The position numbers and the translations under genes were made by a program. 64,000 nucleotides of DNA from contig OZ242005.1 in assembly GCA_965204725.1 (NCBI GenBank), positions 736,001 to 800,000 on the forward strand. Direction: 5' to 3'. The first letter of the stretch is position 1; each line of letters opens with the position of its first letter. The stretch comes from Candidatus Latescibacterota bacterium. GTDB taxonomy: Bacteria > Latescibacterota > UBA2968 > UBA8231. Below are positions 54,142 through 61,310 of this stretch, piece after piece. The notes under the pieces were generated by a model that made no database searches, had not been told where the DNA came from, and saw only the letters and a program-made list of their open reading frames with translations.

Positions 54142-55164
54142 TTATAGCAGGTTTCGTGCGATGAGTTCCTCGGCGATTTGCACGGCGTTTAGGGCCGCGC
54201 CCTTGCGCAACTGATCGCCGCTGACCCACAAGTCCAGCCCGGTCCCATCGGGCCGCGAAATATCTTGGCGAATGCGCCCGACTAGCACCTCGTCGCAACC
54301 GGAGGCCTCAATCGGCATGGGGAAATGGTTTTGCGCGGGATCATTTACGATCCGCACGCCCGCAGCCTGCGCCAAGATAGCCTCGGCCTCGGCGGCCGGA
54401 AAGGGCGTGGCAAACTCCACGTTGATCGCCTCGGAATGCGCCCGCAGCACCGGCACGCGAATGGTCGTGGCCGAGATCGGGAGCGCGTCGTCGTGGAACA
54501 TCTTGCGGGTCTCGCGCACCATTTTCAGCTCTTCTTCGCAATAGCCTTCCGGCCCGACAGCCGAATCGTGCGAAAACAAGTTAAAGGCGATTGGGTGCGA
54601 AAATTCGGCCGGCGCGGCCTCCTGCCCGGCGAGCACCTGCCGCGTCTGGGTCTCCAGCTCCTGCATGGCCCGCGCCCCTGCGCCGCTGACGGCCTGATAG
54701 GTCGAGACCACAATGCGCTTGACCCGCCGCCGCTGATAGAGCGGCCAGACCACCACGTCCATGATGATCGTCGAACAATTCGGATTGGCGATAATGCCGC
54801 GATGCGCCGCCAAGTCCTCGGGGTTGATCTCGGGGACCACCAGCGGCACATCCGGGTCCATGCGATAGGCCGATGTATTATCGACGACCACCGCGCCCGC
54901 GACCACCGCGTGGGGGTTAAACTGCTTGCTCAAACGGCCCCCAGCCGAGGCCAAGACGAGGTCTATGCCGACAAAGGAATCCGCCCCGAGCTCCTGCACC
55001 GGAAGCGAGCGGCCCTTAAAGGAAAGGGCGCGTCCTGCCGAGCGGGCCGAGGCCAACAGCCGCAACTCGCCAATGGGAAAGTCGCGCTCGGCGAGGATTT
55101 CCAACAGCACCTGCCCTACGGCCCCGGTCGCGCCCATAATAGCTACGTTGTACGCGTTGGTCAC
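54142..55164 (-). CDS. asd: Aspartate-semialdehyde dehydrogenase
   Basis: 'GATGAVG', 'DNTSAYRMDPDVPLVVPEIN', 'ANPNCST', 'STYQAVSGAG', 'RVPVLRAHS', 'DQLRKGAALNAVQIAE'. Confidence 0.96.
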   Translation of the reverse strand: MTNAYNVAIMGATGAVGQVLLEILAERDFPIGELRLLASARSAGRALSFKGRSLPVQELGADSFVGIDLVLASAGGRLSKQFNPHAVVAGAVVVDNTSAYRMDPDVPLVVPEINPEDLAAHRGIIANPNCSTIIMDVVVWPLYQRRRVKRIVVSTYQAVSGAGARAMQELETQTRQVLAGQEAAPAEFSHPIAFNLFSHDSAVGPEGYCEEELKMVRETRKMFHDDALPISATTIRVPVLRAHSEAINVEFATPFPAAEAEAILAQAAGVRIVNDPAQNHFPMPIEASGCDEVLVGRIRQDISRPDGTGLDLWVSGDQLRKGAALNAVQIAEELIARNLL

Positions 55165-56351
55165 CTAGGTTCCCTCGTGAGATAATCCATCAATACGTGT
55201 CCGTGCTCTACCCGCATACTACCCTGCTCAGCCGCCCGCTCTCCATAAGCGCGCATTGAGTCGGCCGCAATGCCCGTTCCCCACAACACAAAGGGCACAG
55301 GCTCGCGGCTGTGGGTGCGTAGCGCAATGGGGGTGCGGTGGTCTGGGGTGAGCAGCACCCGATGCGGCCCCAGCGACGCGAGCCCGGCCAAGATCGGACC
55401 GACGACGCGGGCGTCGAAATCCTCGAGCGCCTGCACCTTGGCCTGCGGATCGCCGTTGTGCCCAGCTTCGTCTGGGGCCTCGACGTGGACATAGACCAAA
55501 TCGGCCCGCTGCAAGGTCGCCAGCGCGTATTCGGCCTTGCCTTCGTAGTTGGTGTCGAGATACCCGGTAATACCGGGCACGTCAATGACCTCTAAACCCG
55601 CGCTCTTGCCGATGCCGCGCACTAGATCAACGGCCGAGATGACGCCGCCCTGCAACCCGTAGCGCGCCGACAAGGGCGTCAACTGCAACGCTCGCCCAGC
55701 ACCCCAGAGCCATATCGCGTTGGCCGGCCGCGCTCCGCGAGCAGAGCGGGCGGCATTGACCGGCGAGGCCGCGAGCAGGGGGCTGGCCGCGTCCATGAGG
55801 GCGCGGATTTTCTCGGCCCCCGCGCCCGTAGGCCCATGCGCGGCCATGGATTGGCCCATGATGTCGTGCGGCGGATAGGTTTCCACTGCTTCCGGGCCGT
55901 GCTCCCACACCAGCAAGTGGCGATAGCCCACCCCGGGATAGAAGCGCAACGATGGCCCCCCGAGCGCAGCCGCCAAGGTCTCCACCAGTTCGGCCGCCTC
56001 GGCGCTGGCGATGTGGCCGGCGCTGTAATCGACCAGCACGTCGCCTTCTCGGTAGATCAGGTTCAGGCGGAAGGCCACCCCGTCGTCGCCCAGCTCAACG
56101 CCCATGCTCGCCGCTTCCAACGGCGCCCGGCCCGTGTAGTCAACTCGGCTGTCGTACCCGAAAATTTCGAGGTTGCCAATGTCGCTGCCCGGATGCCGCT
56201 GCGCGGGGATCATATCCACCAACCCCCCAGCTCCTTCGCGGGCCAAGCGATCCATGCAGGGCGTGGCGGCCGCCTCCAACGGCGTCTGCCCTCCGAGTTC
56301 GTCGAGCGGATAGTCCGCCGCCCCATCGGGCACCAACACGACGTAGCGCAC
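55161..56351 (-). CDS. ApgM-family (cofactor-independent phosphoglycerate mutase-like) protein in a hom-asd operon
   Basis: 'PDGAADYP', 'PGSDIGNL..FGYD', 'YTGRAPLEA', 'DYSAGHI', 'HVEAPDEAGH', 'PDHRTP..RTH'. Confidence 0.88.
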   Translation of the reverse strand: MRYVVLVPDGAADYPLDELGGQTPLEAAATPCMDRLAREGAGGLVDMIPAQRHPGSDIGNLEIFGYDSRVDYTGRAPLEAASMGVELGDDGVAFRLNLIYREGDVLVDYSAGHIASAEAAELVETLAAALGGPSLRFYPGVGYRHLLVWEHGPEAVETYPPHDIMGQSMAAHGPTGAGAEKIRALMDAASPLLAASPVNAARSARGARPANAIWLWGAGRALQLTPLSARYGLQGGVISAVDLVRGIGKSAGLEVIDVPGITGYLDTNYEGKAEYALATLQRADLVYVHVEAPDEAGHNGDPQAKVQALEDFDARVVGPILAGLASLGPHRVLLTPDHRTPIALRTHSREPVPFVLWGTGIAADSMRAYGERAAEQGSMRVEHGHVLMDYLTREPR

Positions 56352-56352
56352 G

Positions 56353-57645
56353 CTAGAGGTCCTCCATGCGGATGAGTTTGACCGCTCCCTGCACGGCATC
56401 GAGTGCGGCCACGGCCTGCTGCGCCCGCTGCATTGCAGCTTCGCGCGCCTCGTGCGTCACAATGACTAGCGGCACGGAGCCGCCCTCAAAGTCGCGCTCC
56501 TTTTGAATGACCGAGGCAATGCTGATGCGCTCCTCGGCTAAGATGTGCGCAATACCCGCGAGCACCCCGGGCTGGTCGCGGACCAAGACGCGCATGAAGT
56601 AGCGCATCTGCACCTCCTCAATGGACACGACCGCGGCGGCGTCCTCGCCCAAGATCATGTCGCCGATGGACGTGCTCGCGCCGGCGGCCTTGCGCTCGAC
56701 CAATTCCACCATATCCGCCACCACGGCGCTGGCCGTGGGCAACTGCCCGGCGCCGCGCCCGGAAAACACTTGCGGCCCCACCGCAGACCCCTGCACCTGA
56801 ATGGCGTTGAATTCGTCGTGGATGTTGGCCAACAGCGCGTCCTCCGGCACCATGGCCGGATGCACCCGGGCCTCGACGCGCCCATCCTGCTGTTTGGCAA
56901 CGGCCAACAACTTGATCGCATACCCCAACTCGCGGGCGTATTCAATGTCCCGACTCTCGATCTGCTCAATGCCCTCGCAAAACACATCGCGGCCCGTGCC
57001 CGTGCAGTGAAAGGCAATGCGACAGAGGATGGCTAACTTCTGCGCGGCGTCCATGCCGCTCACGTCCATAGTCGGGTCCGGCTCGGCGTAGCCTTGGTCT
57101 TGGGCCTCTTTGAGGACCGCGGCGTAGTCGCCCGCGCCCCGGCTCATGCGCGTGAGCATGTAGTTGGTCGTGCCGTTGAGGATGCCGTACAGGGACTCGA
57201 CCCGATTGGCGACCAAGCCGCTGCGCAACGAGCGGATGATGGGGATGCCGGCCGCGACGCTCGCTTCAAACATCAAATCCGCTCCATTGGCCAGCGCCAA
57301 TTCAAAAAGCTCCTCGCCCTGCTCGGCGAGCAGGGCCTTGTTGGCCGTCACCACATCCTTGCCCTGCCGCAGGGCCTCGCATACCCACTCAAAGGCTGGG
57401 GGCGCGCCGGTCAGTTCCACCACCAATTGCACATCCGGGTCGGCCACGACCGCACCGGCGTCCGCGGTCAACAGCCCCGGTGCCACAGCCGGGCTACGCG
57501 GCTTGTCTAAGTCGCGCACGGCCACCCGCCGCAATGCGAAATCCACGTGCTTGCGCCGCCGCAGCGACGCCGGCGCGTCCTGCAACAGCTCGACCACGCC
57601 GCTGCCGACCGTACCCAAACCGATTAATCCCACTCCCACTGGCAT
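56353..57645 (-). CDS. hom: Homoserine dehydrogenase with C-terminal ACT domain
   Basis: 'GLGTVGSG', 'VVTANK', 'FEASVAAGIP', 'GILNGTTNY', 'GYAEPDP', 'GRGAG..PTASAV', ACT 'DQPGVLA'. Confidence 0.95.
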   Translation of the reverse strand: MPVGVGLIGLGTVGSGVVELLQDAPASLRRRKHVDFALRRVAVRDLDKPRSPAVAPGLLTADAGAVVADPDVQLVVELTGAPPAFEWVCEALRQGKDVVTANKALLAEQGEELFELALANGADLMFEASVAAGIPIIRSLRSGLVANRVESLYGILNGTTNYMLTRMSRGAGDYAAVLKEAQDQGYAEPDPTMDVSGMDAAQKLAILCRIAFHCTGTGRDVFCEGIEQIESRDIEYARELGYAIKLLAVAKQQDGRVEARVHPAMVPEDALLANIHDEFNAIQVQGSAVGPQVFSGRGAGQLPTASAVVADMVELVERKAAGASTSIGDMILGEDAAAVVSIEEVQMRYFMRVLVRDQPGVLAGIAHILAEERISIASVIQKERDFEGGSVPLVIVTHEAREAAMQRAQQAVAALDAVQGAVKLIRMEDL

Positions 57646-57791
57646 ATTGGCCCAATTCCTTGTTTCATAGCAAGTTAAAGGCCCTAAATATAGCGGGCGG
57701 CGCGCTTTCTTGGCAAGGCACTCGCCCCGGTGGATGGACGCGCCGCTATATCCTATATTAAAGGCTTTCACGCCAACCGGAGCCTGCCGCT

Positions 57792-58082
57792 ATGGACCTC
57801 AGAGCCTTCAAACTGAGCTTGCAAAAAGAAAAAACTCCCCCGACGGACTCCCTCGCCCTCCAAGCACTCTGGCACGAGGCCCTGGGCCGATGGGACAAAG
57901 CCCACGAGCTAGCCCAGCAAGCGCCCGGCCCCACTGGAGCTTGGGTCCACGCCTTTTTACACCGGGTCGAGGGCGACCAAGTCAACGCTGGATATTGGTA
58001 CCGGCGGGCGGGCAAGCCCCACTGCAAGACGACGCTGACCGCAGAATGGGATGCAATCGTCAGCGCCCTCCTCAGCGCTTAG
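57792..58082 (+). CDS. Conserved hypothetical protein
   Basis: 'ALW....WDKAHELAQ', 'WVHAFLHRVEGD..NAGYWYRRAG' look like a widespread conserved small protein. Confidence 0.75.
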   Translation: MDLRAFKLSLQKEKTPPTDSLALQALWHEALGRWDKAHELAQQAPGPTGAWVHAFLHRVEGDQVNAGYWYRRAGKPHCKTTLTAEWDAIVSALLSA

Positions 58083-59575
58083 CGCATCCGCAGCAACGCC
58101 CACCACGTATGCGTTAGTTCCGCCCGGTCTTGCGGGTGGGCCCAAGTCAGGGCGACCACCAGCCCCGCAAAGCACATCCCCCCGACGAGTACCTGCCAAA
58201 AGTCGCCGCACACGCCCGCGCTAACCCAGCGACTGATCGCGGCGGCCGCGCCGACTCCCGCGCCGACCCGCAGCAAGCGTCCCCAAGGCATGAGCCGATA
58301 CCAGCCACAGCGCAAGTGCCAGCCAATAGCCCCCACCAAGAAGGCCACCTGCAAGTACGTCACCAAAGTGGTGGCCACGGCCGGGCCGAGAAAGGCCCAC
58401 TCGGGGCGCACCGCCTGCAAGTACCCAACGAGCACCAAGCTCAAGCCGATATTGCAGCCCAGATCCCCCACGCTAGCCCACAGCGCCCAGCGGGCCTTAC
58501 CCATGCCCACCAGCAGCGGACTGTACGCGGCGCAGCGCAACGGCAACACCAATAGATAGATGCGAAAGACCCAAACCGCGCGATCGTACTCCGGGAAGAG
58601 CCAGCCGATCAACGGCCCGGCGAAAGCGAGCAGGAAGGCCGCCAGCGGCAACACCAACAGGGCCAAGCGCGAGACCGCACGCTGCCACAGCACCCGGATT
58701 TCGCGGAGCTGTCCCGCCTGAAAGAGCCGACTGACCTCCGGGATCAACACGGATGTCACCGCCGACAGCAGCAGGCTGATCGGCACCTCAATGGCCCCAA
58801 AATTGTACTCGGCAAACGCGCCGGCCGCGAAGAAGTGCAGGATCACAAAGCGATCGACGTAGCGAGAGAGACTGCCCACTGCGTCGTTGAGGCCCACCGG
58901 GCGCGTGTAGCGTACCAGCGCACCCAGCCCTTCCCACCCCCACCAGCGCCCGCCCCCCAGTGCCAAGCGCACTAGCCCGCAGACGACGAGCAAGCGCAAC
59001 GCGCCCAATCCCGAAAACAGCGCCAGCACCTGCGCGGGCGTCCAGCCCAGCCCCAAGGCACCCCACGCACCGGCGACTAATGCACTGCTCATCGCCAGTT
59101 GCAGCCAAGCCAGATAGTGCTCGCGGTCGGCGGCCACCAAGGCCGCTTCGGCCCCACCGGCCGCGATCACCGCAAAGAGATAGGGCAAAAACGGCAGCAG
59201 GTACGCGGCCACCTGCTCGCTAGCGCTGGCCTCTTGCACCAGCACCGCAGCCAACTGCGGCCCCCACAACCACAGACTCCCGGCCAATGCCAAACCCGAC
59301 GCCACCAAGCACAGCAGCACTTGGCCGACGAGCAAGCGCGGCTCGCGCCGCCGGGGAAAGAAGTAGAGCAAACTCGTGGGCAGCCCGAACAAAAACACCG
59401 GGATCAGCGCGTTGCCCACCACCCAGACCGCGCCAAAAAGCCCGCATTGTTCCGGGGTCCAAGCGCGGGCGACCAGCGCATAGACGGCTAGGATGCTGGC
59501 GGTATTGGCGGCGCGCCCAGCGGCCACGATGCCGATCTTGCGGGTCAGCCGCCCTCGTCCAGCCTGTTCATTCAT
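58079..59575 (-). CDS. Polysaccharide flippase (Wzx/MATE-like)
   Basis: Many TM segments; 'FGLPTSLLYF', 'VDRFVI', 'AEYNFGA'. Confidence 0.8.
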   Translation of the reverse strand: MNEQAGRGRLTRKIGIVAAGRAANTASILAVYALVARAWTPEQCGLFGAVWVVGNALIPVFLFGLPTSLLYFFPRRREPRLLVGQVLLCLVASGLALAGSLWLWGPQLAAVLVQEASASEQVAAYLLPFLPYLFAVIAAGGAEAALVAADREHYLAWLQLAMSSALVAGAWGALGLGWTPAQVLALFSGLGALRLLVVCGLVRLALGGGRWWGWEGLGALVRYTRPVGLNDAVGSLSRYVDRFVILHFFAAGAFAEYNFGAIEVPISLLLSAVTSVLIPEVSRLFQAGQLREIRVLWQRAVSRLALLVLPLAAFLLAFAGPLIGWLFPEYDRAVWVFRIYLLVLPLRCAAYSPLLVGMGKARWALWASVGDLGCNIGLSLVLVGYLQAVRPEWAFLGPAVATTLVTYLQVAFLVGAIGWHLRCGWYRLMPWGRLLRVGAGVGAAAAISRWVSAGVCGDFWQVLVGGMCFAGLVVALTWAHPQDRAELTHTWWALLRMR

Positions 59576-59585
59576 GGTACGCCGC

Positions 59586-59614
59586 TTGACAGCGATCGCG
59601 CCGCGTCGTATAAC
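59586..59614 (+). promoter_or_regulatory. Near-consensus sigma70 promoter
   Basis: TTGACA-N17-TATAAC upstream of the AGGAGG RBS and ATG 59661. Confidence 0.7.
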
Positions 59615-59660
59615 AGCTTGCCCAGCCCATCATTGAATTTTTCTGGTAAAGGAGGTCGCT

Positions 59661-60623
59661 ATGACCGTCAGAATCGGCTTTGTCGGCACGGGCGGTATCG
59701 CCAACCACCACCTACGCATCCTCGCCCAGCTCGACGAGGCCGAGCTGGTTGCCTTTTGCGACGTAGCCGAGGAAAAGGCCCTCGCCGCGGCCAGCGAGTA
59801 CGGCGGCAGGGCCTATAGCCACTACGAGGCCCTGTACGACAGCGAAGTGCTGGACGCGGTCTATGTCTGCCTGCCGCCCTTTGCCCACGCCCAGCCCGAG
59901 CTGGCCGCCATTGAGCGCGGCTTGCCCATTTTTGTGGAAAAACCCGTGGCGACTTCCTTGGACCAAGCCCGCGCCGTTGCAGCGGCCGTCCGCCGCCAAA
60001 ACCTGATCAGCGCCGTGGGCTATCACTGGCGCTATATGGATACGACCGCCCAAGCAATCGAACACCTCGGCGACGAGCCTGTGGGTTTTGCCCTCGGCGC
60101 TTGGACCGGCGGCATGCCCGGGGTGCCTTGGTGGCGGGTGTTGGCCGAGAGCGGCGGCCAGATCGTCGAACAAACCACGCACATCTTCGACTTGGCCCGC
60201 TACCTGCTCGGAGCGGTGGAGAGCGTCCACGCCATGGCGCGCACCGGCCTGATGGAAGACATCCCGAACTACGATGTCCACGACGCCTCGGTCACCAATC
60301 TCCGCTTCCAAAGCGGCGCGGTAGCCAGCATCACCTCGGCCTGTATGCTCGCCGCCGGCGGGCACGTGGGCTTGGACCTCTACCAGAAAAACCAAGTCTT
60401 GCGCCTCACCTCCGGCGCGCTGACCATAGACCGCCCCAGCGGCCGGGAAGTCGTCGAGCTGGGCAACAACCCAACGCAAGCCGAGGATCGCGCCTTTCTC
60501 CGAGCCGTGCAAACCGGCGATGCAGCGGGCATCCGCTGCGACTACGCAGAGGCGGTCCAGACCTTAGCCCTGACCCTCGCGGCAACCCAATCGGCCGTGG
60601 AAAAACGCGTCCTCTCGCTTTAG
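59661..60623 (+). CDS. Gfo/Idh/MocA-family oxidoreductase
   Basis: 'IGFVGTGGIA', 'DAVYVCLPPFAH', 'FVEKP', 'SGGQIVEQTTHIFD'. Confidence 0.92.
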   Translation: MTVRIGFVGTGGIANHHLRILAQLDEAELVAFCDVAEEKALAAASEYGGRAYSHYEALYDSEVLDAVYVCLPPFAHAQPELAAIERGLPIFVEKPVATSLDQARAVAAAVRRQNLISAVGYHWRYMDTTAQAIEHLGDEPVGFALGAWTGGMPGVPWWRVLAESGGQIVEQTTHIFDLARYLLGAVESVHAMARTGLMEDIPNYDVHDASVTNLRFQSGAVASITSACMLAAGGHVGLDLYQKNQVLRLTSGALTIDRPSGREVVELGNNPTQAEDRAFLRAVQTGDAAGIRCDYAEAVQTLALTLAATQSAVEKRVLSL

Positions 60624-60641
60624 CTGTAGCGGCTTCTGCGG

Positions 60642-61193
60642 CTACTCGTCTTCGATCAGGTCGAAGTCGTGGATGTCCTCGCCAGCTTTGGCTGAGAGGA
60701 TGTCGAGCGCGGCGCAGGCCCCGTCGCCGGCCGAGATAATGGCTTGGATCTTCTTCAGGCGCGTGCTCCAACCAATGACGTAGAGCCCTTCGACCGAGGT
60801 GCGACCGTGGCGGTCGGCGGTCAATCCGTCGGCTTCTTTGGCCACGCCCAAGCGGGCGGCCAGTGGGTTGCTCGGCCCGGTCGCGAGGATCAGATAGGGG
60901 GCTTGGTGGTTTTGGCCATCGGCGGTTTCGACGACAAAGCCCTCCTCGCCCTTTTCGACGCGGTTGACTTCAATGTCCCGAACCTCCCCGCCAAAGCCGC
61001 GCACCTGCTCGCGGCCGATCTGCTGGAACTCGGGTCCGGCGATCTGGGGAATGCCCAAATAATTGTACAGCATGGCTTTGTGCATCAGGGTCTTGTCTTG
61101 GCCGAAGACGGTGACGCTCATGTCGTTTTTGGCGAGAAAGAGCGCGGCGCTCAATCCGCCCGGCCCATCTCCGACGACGATAACATCCGGCAT
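60642..61193 (-). CDS. Short FAD-dependent oxidoreductase (thioredoxin-reductase-like)
   Basis: 'DVIVVGDGPGGLSAALFL', 'NYLG', 'LILATG', 'TSVEGLY', 'QAIISAGDG'. Confidence 0.85.
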   Translation of the reverse strand: MPDVIVVGDGPGGLSAALFLAKNDMSVTVFGQDKTLMHKAMLYNYLGIPQIAGPEFQQIGREQVRGFGGEVRDIEVNRVEKGEEGFVVETADGQNHQAPYLILATGPSNPLAARLGVAKEADGLTADRHGRTSVEGLYVIGWSTRLKKIQAIISAGDGACAALDILSAKAGEDIHDFDLIEDE

Positions 61194-61310
61194 TTCTCAC
61201 TCCTTTGGTGTTGGTTCACAGCGCGCAAATAAGGGCGCGCCCGCGCCGGCTGTCAACTTGCCTCGGGGCGTAGTACGCAACGCGAATGCGAGTGGACGCG
61301 ATCGCCGGGA

